A stretch of 60,832 nt of DNA, the filler included, from Sphacelaria rigidula (taxonomy: Eukaryota): the NCBI GenBank assembly GCA_964200075.2. It is 8 parts of 8 records of this genome, joined end to end, with 100 filler letters (N's around TTAATTAATTAA, not from the genome) between each part and the next. Parts side by side here need not be neighbours in the genome. Positions count along the whole stretch, not along the records: positions 45,702 to 53,217 come from CAXNAA020014549.1; positions 53,318 to 60,832 come from CAXNAA020014550.1; 6 more parts are not named here. The stretch is one strand, 5' to 3'. This document shows positions 47,431 through 60,385 of the stretch, piece after piece. Under the pieces are notes generated by a model. It saw nothing but the letters and a program-made list of their open reading frames with translations, did not search any database and was not told where the DNA came from. Position 1 is the stretch's first letter. The number at the start of each line of letters is the position of its first letter. The position numbers and the translations under genes were made by a program.

Positions 47431-49129
47431 TTCTTGAAGGGCTCCCGTCCACTACCACCACTCCCTTTGAAATGCCTAATATTTACTAGGCGGTAGGCAT
47501 CATTATTCAAAAATCATGTGCCTCTCCGGAAGACAAAACGCCCCTGTCTACGATGCGGCGACGTAGCAGTAAACACATGTACTGTGTTCACTCGTAGTCC
47601 ACTGTGTGGTGCAATACTACACCATGATGAGACGCTGGCTCCACGAGACTGAGCGGAGCGATGTACAAAAGCTTGACGTTTTTACTACTTCGCCGCAGAA
47701 TGTAATTCGTGTTGTCTTTGAGGATGGTGCTCGTGAGCCAAGGTCAACTATAGCGCCGAGGTTGCCGATCGTGGAACCCCTTGCCCGCCTGGATGAACGA
47801 TCTCTAGAATAACTGTCATGTATCCCGTATAAAACTGAATGTTATTTGACCCGAAAAACCCACCGTAGCGGTCAACGAGTTGTAGGGGTCAGAAATGAGT
47901 TCAGCCGCCCAACGCGGGGAGAGTTGAAAGTTCAGGGCGTTTGGCGTGTGACGGTCACTTGGTGACTGGCGGTTAGATCAGTAGTGGCCGTTAAGCTCGA
48001 CGCAGAAAGGGGGTGTTGCAGCAGAAATTTTGACCGTGCTGTGCGCGGTAGCGACGGGAACCGCACTCGAACGCACTGTGCGCCCTGGCCTGCGCCACTA
48101 CTGTACGGACAGGTCCTTATCCATGAACAAAGAAAAATGTCGACTGTTGATCGAGGCGAGGCGAAATCCCTCTATTCACGTGAGTTTTGGACTCCATCTA
48201 TGAGCTGGTAAACGCCCATATCACCCCAAAAAACACTCATCGGCAGGACCTCACGCCGATTCAAGGGGTGAGACCCTTGATTTTTGCACAACTGTTGTAT
48301 GGGTCATTACGCAACTTTCGAACGTCGAGGTTTTTTTACTGGACTTTTTCCCGGTTTTTCAGACTCCCAGTTTTTTGGGGGAAATTTCGATCCAGTCGTA
48401 CCCCCGTAAAACGGTGATGAAGAAAAATCTCGTGCATCGAAAGTTGCGTAATGACCCACAGCACACTCGTGCAACATCTTAGGTTCTAACTCCTTCAAAA
48501 AGCTTGAGGTTTTCCGCGTTTGTGAGATGAACTGTGCCGTGCCGCGTTGAAACTGCTGACAACTTGATATTAGTACGAAAATGACTTTTTTGTGCCTTTG
48601 ATGTTGATGAGAAAATTCAAGCATCAGTTAATCGAGCTTTGGCACAAAATATCGTGGGTCCCTTCCTTGGATTATGCGGCGACAGCTTGTCCACGGAAAA
48701 AAACTCAAAACAGATCGTAGCGCAGGTTTTCCGGGGTCCCAAAATCGAGACTTCGAAAAACGGTGAAAAAACTCGAGAAGAGAGGGAATCTCGTCCGAAG
48801 AAAGTTGGGTAGAGCACAATTGTGCAGAGTTTCAGGATCTCACTTCAAATAACGGTGTGAAGGTTTCGGCGTTTGTTGAGTACGGGGGTTTGAAACGCGC
48901 AAATCCCAACTCCTTGGTTTTAGTATGGAAACCTATTTTGGGGTGAATTTTATGTCGAGGCGAAAAAAATGTACGAGGTTTTCGAGTTTTTTTACCAAAC
49001 TTCGTGCAGGCGTTCCTTGGACTATCCCGATTTTTTTTCCTTTGCGACATTCTGTACCGCCTTCCGAGGGTCTTCATACTGGGACCCCCGGAAGCGGGTA
49101 GAAAACGGATGAAAAGTATTGTTGATAAT

Positions 49130-49598
49130 ACAATTTCCAACTCGGAGCATCAATATTTATGTCCGGAACTCCCGAGTCTGAGGTCGACCTAAGCTTTTCT
49201 ACAACAGACATAAAGGACACCGTCACGAGGCTCCCTGGGTCTTTCGTGCGCATCATTGGTGGAAATTAGACGACGCCTTTTTTATTTCCCCCTTTTATTT
49301 CCCACTGTTTTATTCTGTTTTATTTCATTTCCTCTGTACTTTCCTCTTCTTCTCCTTTTTCTTGGTTTAAGTAGGCTATTTCTTCCTGTGCTTTACTTGT
49401 GTTGATTTTTCCATCACCATTTTTTTGTTTCGACTTAGTCTGCTATGTCGTTCTATTTGGCCCCCCCTTTTTTTTCTGTTCCTTTGTTCTCTCAGAGCGT
49501 GATTCAGTTTTGCTTTTCTTGGGGACGTGTATCATGACGCCACGGCTGAACCCCTGGGGGGTCAGTTGAAGTGCGACCAGCAATCAATCAATCAATCA
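49130..49598 (+). repeat. Retroposon 3' end with (CAAT)n tail
   Basis: Pyrimidine-rich UTR followed by CCCCTGGGGGGTCAGTTGAAGTGCGACCAG(CAAT)4. Matches 20920-21300. Confidence 0.75.
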
Positions 49599-49974
49599 AC
49601 ACCCGACATCACCGAAACATCACAGTTTCGGGTATAATTCGACCCCCCGTAGTAACCTTTTTCATATAAATATTTTTTCGTTAGATTCCCTAGCCGATGG
49701 CGGGTACTTCGATTTGAAGTATGCGGAGATATAGTGAGAATTGGGCGTGGATTGACGGGCGCTGATTAGTCGATCTACCTTTTCGCCCATAGCGCCACTA
49801 CTTTGGCCTCGAACACAAATCCGGCTGTGTCACACTCTTCAACTGACCATGGTGGTCAGTATGATATTATGTATGCGACTTATAGGTGGGTATTGCGAAA
49901 GGCATTTGCTGATGACACCATTTTGGTTGATGAGCGTGAACCAGCCTGTAGTGTTCCCCATTTTTTGTTATATT

Positions 49975-50294
49975 TTTTCCTCACCTCTATCCCCCCCCCT
50001 TCCTCGAGACGAGCCCGTGGTACCAAGAGATCAACCCATCTCCCCCGGTACACGCCTCACATTGTGGAATCGCGGATTGGATCATGACCAAACGCTACCG
50101 CACCGCGTCGACTGCCGTCTATCAGAGTCTGCCAATTAGACTCCTTTTGCTACCTCCGTTCTTGCGCTTTCAACGACGGAAGTCAGATAGTTCTGAGAAG
50201 AAAAAAAATTAAACGCATTTGTCGGGAATCGAACCCGATTTTTTTCCCGCCTTGATGGTGTCAGGTGTACCATTTTAATCTAGACCACCGGGGC
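49975..50294 (-). mobile_element. tRNA-derived SINE copy
   Basis: Minus strand GCCCCGGTGGTCTAGATTAAAATGG...GGGTTCGATTCCCG (canonical B box), plus the shared body. Confidence 0.8.
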
Positions 50295-51320
50295 TCGGCG
50301 ACAACTACGTTGCATAATGTCTTTCTCCAAGTTTTTCGGATTTTTGTACGGCCAAATCAGCTGAGCCCCATCATGCCTTCACGCTGAATCTCTTTTCATT
50401 AGAAAAAGTGGCCTAAAATGAAAAACGATGGTTTCCCGTGACCCTGTCTATGCATTGTAAGTGCGGATTGAGTCTGTGCTCGTTGACACGTCGTCCACAA
50501 GTCACCGGTAGTTTGCAAGAGCATGACCCTGGACCTCGATTATGACTCTTCAATAAGTTCGTGAGAAATTGATTTCAGGTATAGAATTTCGGGGGAAAAC
50601 ATGCTGCATTTATTATATAGCAGAACATGAGCACACTCTGGATGATGGCAATATATTGCATTGTCAGAAATTGGACTGAGTACAGTATCGAATAGTTGGT
50701 TCATTACTTTGGACATTTAATTCCATACTGTACGCAGTACATTTCTTTACAATGTGCTCTATTGTTCAGGGTGTGAACATGCTACAGTTGAGAAAACCCT
50801 TTTTTCTGTGAACGTACTAAAACGTTTTTGAGTGTACATACTCGTACGCCGACACGACCGTTTCGGAAAATCCCGTTTCCTTTCGTTGTGATTGATCAGC
50901 GTGATGAGTTCTCCTTGTGTTGGGTGTTGAAGAAAAATGTACGGTATCCGGAACTGTCGAGTTGACCAAATGTTGACAACGTCAAAAGTTGCCCTGGCGA
51001 AAAAAAGAAGAGCTGTTTTTTGGTGTTGGGCTGTATCATTTCGATGATTGTTCCGGCGTCAAATTGTCGGTCTGGAATGCTGTTCGGCTTCCATCGATTA
51101 CCCTGGGTAATGCGGTTGTGTTCAGAAGTGATCTTTTTTTGTCCAAGGTGTGGGAGTGACCTCGCGGGCTCGAGGCGGTGAGTCCACTAGACGACTGTTT
51201 CCGCTCAGCTAGCACTATTACCACGGCTGTATGTCATCGTCGATAATGACACGTGATGCGGGGCAATGCGTATGAGTACAAAAAAGCGTATGTGCGGCGG
51301 AGCATGTGGGGCATATCTGG

Positions 51321-52810
51321 CAGGGTTGCATTTCGGAACGAGAATCAAATTCGATACGATATTCTCAGAGTAACGACCCACAATCGCCGATACCGATATT
51401 TTGGTCGATATTGCGAACACAACACGATACATATCGAGTATCGCTATTCGACACGATACGGCTGTTTAGGTATTACCGCTGTGTACAAGACCGAGCAGTG
51501 CACTGTCACACTAACGCCCTCACTCACTGTTTTTGTAGGTCGCATAAGATACCACATCCCCTAAACACATTTTCAAAGTCCACTTACTCCTCACCAGAAG
51601 CGATGCCAGGGCTGAACTGGGCGGCGTTGCAACCATCTCGTCGAGAGATCGTAATCGAGCTTTGTCAATCGCTCCTGAGGGTGTGGTATCTTCAGCGACC
51701 TACGGTAGTTTCCAGTGGGCAGCTATGGACACATGATGTACAGCAGCGGGTAGTGTGCAAATTGATATCATGGCAGCGGCGGCATGCCATGATGCAGCTG
51801 CCTAGCGAATATCTTTCGTCATCGTGCAAGAGATGGTTGATCACAGCGGGCCGGGTGAGGTATTGGTCACACTGTTTTCTTTTTTACGGCCACTTTTTTG
51901 TGCGTTTCGATCGAATGGGCGCATTTCTCGATTCTACATTTTCATTAGAGAAGAGAACGTGTCAAACCTCGAACATGCACAAACTGAAACGCGCGCTCTT
52001 TTTTTTCAACGTTTTCCACCACCAAGAACGGGAAACGTCGGCAGCATGCGTCGAATTTTCAATTTTTTCTTGAATGTCGAACAATATATTTTTGATGTCA
52101 TCAACCAAGAAGAAAAAACCATTGAATTAGCGACAATTAGAATGTCCAGACTAATGGATGGAGGGGAAAATGAATCCAATACTCGTGAAACCTGAAGGAA
52201 AAGCAAAGCGACACTACCATCTCCTTACACCCCGAAGGACAGTTGTTTTTCACGGTTATCTGCAGCTTTGAGCGATCGTGAACTCATAGTGTATCTACTC
52301 CGCCACGCCACCTGTATGTTGTCGTTGTTGAACACCCCCGCTGAATCAAATCACCAAACCCACGAGGCACCAGAGGTTACTCCGTCGCCTCCTATCCTAC
52401 GAATAGATACTACATCCATGTGCACACCGTGCGACCGCTCTACAGCTATACTCGTAAGTGCAATTTGTTAACACTGCGGAAACGCCAAACAAACAGAACC
52501 AAGTTCGATACTGCGGTGGCTCCTCATGTGGAGCAGTGGTGTATGCAGGCGACCTTGCAGAGTGGCGGGGGGTGGGGCTGAATCAACTGGGGGTCTGCCG
52601 TTCCGTGAATACCACCCCTTACATTTCCTGTGACGACGGTTTCGAGAGATTGAGCCAATGTGACGAAAAAGGAGCCAAATATCGAGCGTATCGATACTCG
52701 ATATTGATACAGATCACATGTCTTGGTTTCCCACGCTCCGATACCGATACTGCGTACCGCCGATATTTATCGAAATCGCATCGATTATCGATATCCGATG
52801 TGCAACCCTG
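51321..52810. mobile_element. hAT-like non-autonomous element with CGATA subterminal repeats
   Basis: TIR CAGGGTTGCA and TGCAACCCTG, with dense CGATAC/CGATAT motifs near both ends. No clear TSD. Confidence 0.65.
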
Positions 52811-52854
52811 CTGTGCGGCCTCGATGAGACTTTCTGCAACACTTCCGAGTATAC

Positions 52855-52893
<39 letters not shown>

Positions 52894-53217
52894 TGGAGCA
52901 TTCCAGCGCATTTTCCCCATTTTCATGTACGCTCAGCTTGACTTTTAACCGAATTTCACCAACTTCCCATACGACCCGAAAGATCCCTTGAGATCTCTCT
53001 CCATAATACAAAGAAGAAAGTCATGAAATGAAATGATGAGGTGGGTGAGGCCCGTGTGTAAAATTGTCGGCCCGACCAAGAGTAATGGATAATAATATCG
53101 GCGACCCTGTAGAGTGGCGGGGGGGGGGGGGGGGGGGGGGGGAAAACACCGGGGGGGGGGGGGGGGGGGGGGACACCCCCCCCCCCTTCTTTTTGGGGGG
53201 GTGGGTGGGGGCGAGGA

Positions 53218-53317
53218 NNNNNNNNNNNNNNNNNNNNNNNNNNNNNNNNNNNNNNNNNNNNTTAATTAATTAANNNNNNNNNNNNNNNNNNNNNNNNNNN
53301 NNNNNNNNNNNNNNNNN
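53218..53317. other. Artificial contig spacer
   Basis: 44N-TTAATTAATTAA-44N. Confidence 0.99.
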
Positions 53318-53585
53318 TCCAATGAGTTGCTTTATCATCTGGTATCGCCACTTCCAGAGACAGCCACGGCTTATACACTGCCTCATGGGTGTTTTCGTAC
53401 TCAGTTTTTGCTTGCCTTAGTCGTATGACTATTGATTACGCATCCCTTTCGAGACGGAGCACCGTTCCTACTTCTAACAGAAGAGAGAGGGAGGGGGGGT
53501 GAGAGAGAAAGGGGGGGGGGGGATATAGCGCGATGGTGCCAGGTGGGAGAAAACGAAACTGTTCGAGCATGCTAGTACGCCACCG

Positions 53586-53668
53586 CAGCGTGATGGTCTA
53601 ATTAAGATGGTACGACTTAATCCATTCAAGGCGCAAGATGGCGGGTTCGAATCGCGCCCGATGCATTC
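53586..53668 (+). repeat. tRNA-like SINE head only
   Basis: TGGTCTAATTAAGATGGTAC...CAAGGCG...GGGTTCGAATC is similar to the other SINE heads. Confidence 0.55.
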
Positions 53669-53950
53669 GGGTCTAGCTTTGTTTGTCTGAGAAGTATCTG
53701 GTTTCTGCCGGTGTTACACATGAGGACGTGAGTAGTAAGAACTTTTGGTTGACGGAGAGTCGCCGCGGGGTGACGGTGCTGATCCAAGCATGCGATACTG
53801 AAATGTGCAACCGCTACCTTGGCATCACTCGTGAGCTGATCTCTCGAGACCCCGAAGAAGGGAAGGGGGTCAAGAGTATGACCCGAGCAATTAAGAGCAC
53901 TCGGAATCCGGGGAAGCCTCCCACTCTCTGTTTCTTTACGAAAGACTTAC

Positions 53951-54051
53951 CGCAGTCGCCTTGTGATGTTGTGTGAATCCGCTTTTGTACGTTCGAATCT
54001 CTCGGCAGGCCTTCATTTCCCGGTGGGTGAACGGGTAATCTTACATCATCC
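53951..54051 (-). CDS. Possible exon, unknown protein
   Basis: Polypyrimidine tract and AACAG|, a single open frame DDVRLPVHPPGNEGLP..., donor G|GTAAGT. Confidence 0.4.
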
Positions 54052-54366
54052 CTGTTTTGGAAAAGCGAGCAAAAATGACAAAACCAACGTTTGCAGCTGA
54101 CGGACATCTGACGGAACGAGGAAGGTTTGGTTGCTAATCCTGGACACTTTCTGCCAGGGAATAAAAAATATACTTTCAGGTAACGTCTGCTGGTGGAAAG
54201 AGGGGGAAAGGCATGCTAGTGGTAAAAGTGGATGTTACAAAGCGTATTGTGTGTTTCCGGTTCCATCTTGTGCATGGCTCGCCTGTTTTTGTTGCTGTGT
54301 TGATTTTCGACGGATTGACTTGCCAGTATCGTGCATTCGGTGTTAGACGGAATGGACCGCACTCAT

Positions 54367-54545
54367 TCACGCTGCTTGCGTGGTGGGAACGGCAATGACG
54401 AGAGTATCCGTCTGTTCTACACCCCACCGTTTCTTGTGTTCTTTCCGCGGGTGCGACTGCCAGTCCGTTGCCAATGTCCTTACGGACCGTCCCATGTCGG
54501 TTGTGTATCGACCGCGTTTTCCACACAACGTACACTGAAAGCTTT
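54367..54545 (-). pseudogene. BED-type zinc finger remnant, possibly a hAT transposase N-terminus
   Basis: FQCTLCGK...TLATDWQSHPRKEHKKRW (C-x2-C...H-x4-H). Confidence 0.35.
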
Positions 54546-55268
54546 GCAAGGTCAACATCAATGTATACCCCCTTTACTTGAGCTATGACAATACGTATAC
54601 ACGTACACAATCTCTCCAGGATAAATGATGATAATCTGTGTATTCAAAGAAGTAATGACTATATCATGCGCAATTTTAATTCGTGTATATTGGGCGTGGT
54701 ATCATGGCTGGTACTGGATACAGGCTACTACACTATGAATATCAATACATGAAAGGGAAGAATTCCCACAAGCACCCGTTGAGGTTTCACCGCCAGTTCG
54801 CTTTGGCAACATCATGAGATGACCCTCAATGCTCCATGAGCAAGCGGTGTCAGATTCGAATCATGGCCCCGATCGATGCGAAAAACAAAACGTCGCTATA
54901 TTAGAAGTCAACCGGGCAACACGAGAGTCGGAAAATTGGTGTGAGATTTGAAAACTGGCGGGTGATTAGCAGGCAGCGTCGCACAATCGCGGTAGAGTCT
55001 TCTGCGGAGATTATTGGCTTGGCAACCCAACAAATGCAACCGACATGTCATGAAAGTGTAAACAAAAATTCTCGGGGTCAGCCGGCGAAGACGGTCACCC
55101 CCACGAGCCTCTTCAAAGACGCACGAAGAGGCTCATAGAAGAGGGTGGTGGTGTGGATATCACAACATGCAAGAGAGAAGAATCCATAAAGTGTCCGTCG
55201 AGGTCTCACCGCCAGCTGACAAAACCAAAACGATCAAAGTATATTGGTATCAATATTGTTGCGGTCGG

Positions 55269-55610
55269 GCCCCGGTCGTGTGAATTAAAATGATACATTT
55301 GACACCATTATAGCGGGGAAAACATGGGTTCGGTTTCCGCCAGATATGTCTCTTTTTTTTTCTTCTCCCGAGTATCTGATTTACGTCGTTAAAAGCGTGA
55401 GGACGTACGTGAGGACGTGCATACGTGAGTAGCAAAAAAAAAAAGCTCGACTGAGTTTGTTTGACGAGAATCGATACGGTGCGGCGGGAGTAGTACTGGT
55501 CATGATCCAATCCGCGATACCAAAGCGTAAGGTGTGTACTGGGGAAGAGATGGGTTAATTCCTTGAGACCACGGACTCATCCCGAGAAAAGGGAAGCTTC
55601 AAAGTAGGAA
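55269..55610 (+). mobile_element. tRNA-derived SINE copy
   Basis: GCCCCGGTCGTGTGAATTAAAATG...GGGTTCGGTTTCCG head, body CTTGAGACCACGGACTCATCCCGAG. Confidence 0.78.
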
Positions 55611-57441
55611 CAAACACACACACACACACGTACACACATCGCATGCGTGCTTAGCATACCCATTTATTTCCGCTTGCTGTGTCCACTCGGCTCCGGCGGG
55701 GGCCCTTCTGGTGTCGTTTTCATACGAGTCGCTTGCGATGTTCTTCCTTGCCTGTTCCATGCCCCGATGATTTGAATGCTCGGAGTCTGATGCAGTGTCG
55801 GGTAAACGATGGCGATGGCCGAGAGAGAGGGCTACAACATGACCACGATAACAGAGGTAATACGAGGAAAAGACAGACTTACGCTTTACAGCGACGAGGA
55901 GAGCAGCGAAGCGGTACTATTTTGATATTTAATTGGGGGGTCGATTATCACTACCCAAGCCGCACTTCATGCAGCGACAACTGAAATCGCATCCTACTTA
56001 ACCCATCGCTGAAAGTTCGCTCAAGACGGCAGACTTAGACGGGACCCCATCCGTCAATGGAATGTGAAACGGTTGTAAATCCCAACGATAAAACCGGAAC
56101 AGAAGCTACTCTCGGTGTCCCACCAGTTGTGATTTCTATCGATAATATTCCCCGTTGCGCCCCAGGGTTATCATCTCGGTGATCAACGTTGTTCCTGTGC
56201 TGGGCTTATTTCGCTTGTTCTGGCCTAGCGCTTTTTCAGCGGGTCACTGCGGTGTGCTGTTCTATATATTCATCATTAAAAAATCGACTGTGAACGATCT
56301 TGGGGGGAATTGAAGCGGGAGACCCACTCTTCTTGTCAAAACGTCACAAAAATCACTGAGCTACCCGGTCATCGCTGACTAATGATGTAGCTTTGTGGTT
56401 ATTGCGAAAACCTAACAGGAAGAACGAGCATATGAGGGAGCCAGATGGATGATCAGCTCGAGTGTGAGAGAGCATGTCACGTTCCTTTCCCACCGAGATG
56501 ATTTTACGCTCATGATTGGCGTACGGTGTCGATGATAGGCGGCACGTCAAACAACCTAATATCCAGGGCTTGAGTCCCACACATCACATTTTCTTTCTTG
56601 AGATCAGGCAAGTTTGACTTGTGGAAACAATTGTCGATGAAGTTGAGTCCCTGAGCTAGTATATTTTTCAAGACATCGTTGATGTAGAAGATGGAAAGCT
56701 TTCATAGGAAAAGGCGGGAGCCGTACTGGCTCGGGGGGTAGGATGACCTGTGCAAGTAGCTACACGGCTGGCCACTGGTACACGTTATCCGCATGAAGCG
56801 TCCCTAGGACATGATTCGTTACGGATGGATCGAACGCCGTACGTACAGCGTGAATCCGGTTGTGATCGCACACGTTGGTTGGCTTGTGTAACCGTCGTAA
56901 ACCCGTCAACTCCCGGGGACATCCGTTTTTGCAAACCGATTCGTGCTGTACGCATGCTGCTCAACTGGTCGATAGCCCAAGGACGTTCCAAAACGTGGAT
57001 AAAGTGTTGTAGCGGCCACCCGTGTGATGTTGGAAACACAAGCTCAGCGCTGAACCGCAGGTCACAGCTAATCGGTGGCTCAGCCGGTCCTTTGTGCTCC
57101 TGACGGGGCGTGAGGGGGTACATACACCGATTTTAACCACCAGTACGCGTACGTCAGAAGCCGTCCACTAGGCTGGATGGGTGTCGCGTACGACATCGCG
57201 CGCAAGAACCAGAAAAAGGAACATAACGATTCGTTCATGACGATCTTGTCGGGCAGCAGTGGCACCAGCTAGTAGCGGCTTCAAATTTCTCCCACGGAAC
57301 TGAACAATTCACGCACCGTTTTGTCTACGCCAAAGCAAAGACCCGACGACATGATAGTAGGATACAACACGTCGATCAATATCACCCGACTCTTATGCAA
57401 CATTTACATGTATTTCTGCATTGGCATGGGATGAGACCTAC

Positions 57442-57766
57442 CTGGCAAGTCTTCCTCAAAATACCGACCACTGGCAACAGAAACGGCTGTGTCTGTGGTT
57501 AGCCGACGGGCAGACACTGCTCTGTCGATTGTCGTCGCTCGCACCCAGACGGCGGTATCTCTCAACTCTCGCGGGGGTTCTTTCGGTTGCGGCAATGGCG
57601 ACAGCTCTGGTATGGAAGGGGGGGCGACTTGTTCCTCCTGTTGCTCCTCTTCGCAGTCTACTACGGGGAAGTAGGTTGACAGCCGTTGGACGATGTTGTC
57701 CATGTGAAGCGAGAGTTCCTTCAGCTTCTCGAAATCCTCGCGCTTGTTTTCCAGGCTCTTTTTCTG
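57442..57766 (-). CDS. Exon encoding a coiled-coil and Pro/Glu-rich segment, unknown protein
   Basis: TAG|CAG acceptor, QKKSLENKREDFEKLKELSLHMDNIVQRL...FEEDLP, donor CAG|GTAGGT. Confidence 0.65.
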
Positions 57767-57979
57767 CTAGTCGTGTGAAGAGGTTCGGTCGAGTGGTACA
57801 AATGGTATGTTTACTTTTTCAACAAAATACTGTGCTAACACAACGCCAACACGCAATACTGGAGGCTGTTATTTTCATCACTTGCACGTCAAAGTACGGG
57901 CCAACATACGCTACTGAGACTGCTATTTCCCATATCTACCGCCCTCGTTGTGATTACGCGAGATGCACACGCAGCGGTT

Positions 57980-58560
57980 AAGAAAATCCCCTACAAGAAC
58001 ATCTGGACAAGTCATGCCTGAGGTCCAAGGCAGCATACAACACGTCCCTTACGTCATCTTGGGGATATAGCATCCCTGCCCACTCTGCAGCGCAAAATTG
58101 CGGGAGACGCATTCAAGTTCAGCGGTGAGTTTGACGATAGAACTCACCAACCCGCTTTGGGTACGGTGGAACGTGCTTCGAGAAGGAATATAATGCAATG
58201 TCATCCAGTAAAAACAATACTTCACCACGTCAAAATCGCTACCAAACCTGAACATGTTGTCTGTCCATGTACTCTCGCGTCTGGGTCGCCATCAACACAT
58301 CACGGAATACACCCCACTTGTGAATCTGCGGCATAACTGTTGGTCTCTGTTGTTCTGCAAGACTACCAATCGCAGAGGTGACAAGCTATCAAGTCTACAA
58401 GAAGGAGATGCGGCGGAGTTAGCTTGCAGGCTGATGTTGATGTTTCACGGTTACTTGTGTACCTTATTAAGGGCTATATGGATGAAAAAACAGAACGCAA
58501 ACTGTCATGGAAACACCAGGGTCGTACGCGCACGGGGCGTTACTTTATTTTCCGTTTTCA
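57980..58560 (-). pseudogene. Kolobok-like transposase relic
   Basis: Broken frames give CHLCDW*SC...YAADSQVG, FGSDFDVVKYCFYWMTLHYIPSRSTFHRTQSGLVSSI and LYAALDLRHDLSR. These resemble the H..WxS / FSG..IS..TF.R.Q / DxRxDS order of Kolobok transposases. Confidence 0.4.
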
Positions 58561-58843
58561 CTGTGCTTCAGAATACTTTCAAGAGGCGGTGGAGTGTACT
58601 TGCAAGAGGCGGTGGAGTGCTCCAACCCCATGTTCTTAGCGAATAAAAAAAACGAGAGGGAAACGAGTTTTGAAGCTCAACCGCGTAGCTCTCTTGCCCT
58701 TCGGAGGAACCCTTCACACCAGCGGGGAGATTGTGCCAGCACGACTTTGCCATGTTACCTTACCACGCAACGCGACTGGTTGACGTATGCTGTATACCTA
58801 CCCGTGGACTGGTTCTTTGGACCACTTCACGACCGTACGATAA

Positions 58844-59246
58844 CGGTGGATTCTCGAGAATGGGGTTGAAAAAAAAAAGGTTCGACTCAAAATCCGTGCT
58901 TGCCCTGACCTAAATTCATGTCAAATGGCTTTCATACGGACAACCCGATTCATCCCGACCTCCCTCAAAATATTTCGCAGGATATCTGGCTTTCCGTTCA
59001 CCCAAAGGGTATGTGCGAAATCACACTTTTGCCTCGATTTCGGGGTGAAAAAATGACGTTTTTTGGCCCAAAAATCGTGCTTTCGCACACACCCCTTGGA
59101 GGAACGGAAGGCTAGAAACCCCCCGAAATAGTTTTAGGGATGGGGCTGTCCACATGAAAGTCATTTGTCATGAATTCAGATTAGGGAAAGCACGGCTTTT
59201 GAAACTCATTTACTTTTTTTTCAACCCTATTTTCGAGAATCCACTG
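58844..59246. mobile_element. Palindromic MITE with ~110-bp inverted arms
   Basis: GTGGATTCTCGAGAATGGGGTTGAAAA...CCGTGCTTGCCCT is inverted relative to AGGGAAAGCACGG...TTTTCAACCCTATTTTCGAGAATCCAC. Confidence 0.88.
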
Positions 59247-59460
59247 CTCAATGCTGTTCCCTTGATTTCGTGGTCTCGATAAACGAGTAGGTTATACGTG
59301 TCGAGTAGGGTTTAGTCACACGATTCGTGTCATCGACTGCGTCATCGACGATACCTGTTCTACTTGTGCCTGTGTGCAGCACGCGGCAAACCTTAAGTAT
59401 CGAGCCTTCACTCTGACCATGAGCATAACTCGGCTAGCGTAGAAACAGTGCCTCGCTAAC

Positions 59461-59697
59461 CATTTCATTTTCGTCGTCCACTTGCGAGTCTTCATTGCTG
59501 CTTCCGTCATCAGAGCCATCACTTTCTTCCCCCGACGAAGCGCCGCTGCCGCTGCTACTCTCGGACGGGTCGCTACTACCGTAGTCGTCGGAGCCGGAGT
59601 CCGAGTCCGAGTCGCCTCTGTCATAATCAGTTCCATCACTGTCGCTACCTTCGTCGTCAGAGCTTGCTTCCGTCGATCGGTCATCCTCCGGGCGTTT
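59461..59697 (-). CDS. Exon encoding an acidic Ser/Asp-rich region, unknown protein
   Basis: TGTGCAG| acceptor, 79 codons KRPEDDRSTEASSDDEGSDS...DENEM, donor ATG|GTTAG. Phase 0 is compatible with exon 57442-57766. Confidence 0.65.
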
Positions 59698-60189
59698 CTG
59701 CACAAGGTCATTTCAAGGGCGAGTATCGTCGGCGCAGCGAGTAGCAGCGTCTTACTTTTTTTTTTTGTCGAACTCCATAGCGTACGCTGTTCGGCGGTGG
59801 ACGCATCTATTTGCGTGGGCAAGTAACCCAAGCAGGTTGTATGTCTTGCTACAGTATGCACGGATAGAGTTGCCTTTTCGGTTAGCAGCGGATAGCTGAA
59901 AACAAATGAGTAGCCCGCAAAGATACCGTTCTTTGTCGTTACTTCAGCATTATCCGGTGGAATATATCAACGCAAGGCGCAGGTTGTGGCCTTGAGGTAT
60001 CTACAATAGTAGTACTTCACACAGGCAGAAGAAGACTCGTAGGGTATGTTGGTGAATACTATCGAGGTGGTTCGACCTATTCAGTGTATCGAAGGTGTAC
60101 ATATACTTTTCCATACGGTACAGTCCCGGTGAAGTGGTAAACACGACGGAGCTGCCGTAACATATGCGTTATGGGGATATGCATGGTCT

Positions 60190-60385
60190 AAAAGCGTGAG
60201 AACGTGAGTCAATAAAGTAGTCGCCTGGGTTTGTGTGACGTGAGTTGACGCGGTGTGGAAGTGCTAACCCAATCCGCGAGACCAAAATGAAAGGCACGTA
60301 CCGGGGAAGAGATGGGTCGATCCCTTGAGACCACGGACCCATCCCGAGGGAGGGGAGGGGTTCAACGTGTGAGGGAAAAAAAAAA
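60190..60385 (+). mobile_element. 5'-truncated SINE copy
   Basis: CCAATCCGCGAGACCAAA...GGGGAAGAGATGGGTCGATCCCTTGAGACCACGGACCCATCCCGAG. Confidence 0.72.

Noticed and set aside
50215-50294. tRNA gene
   Set aside because: It has a B box but no cloverleaf or acceptor stem and is part of a multi-copy SINE. The same applies at 39737, 53586 and 55269. The B-box-like motif at ~36085 also lacks a cloverleaf.
51306-52073. 255-aa ORF as a gene
   Set aside because: It starts in MITE subterminal repeats, has no recognisable domain, and its composition looks like a chance ORF.
53118-53217. G-quadruplex-like G runs at the contig end
   Set aside because: These are homopolymer tracts at a contig edge and are probably low-quality sequence.
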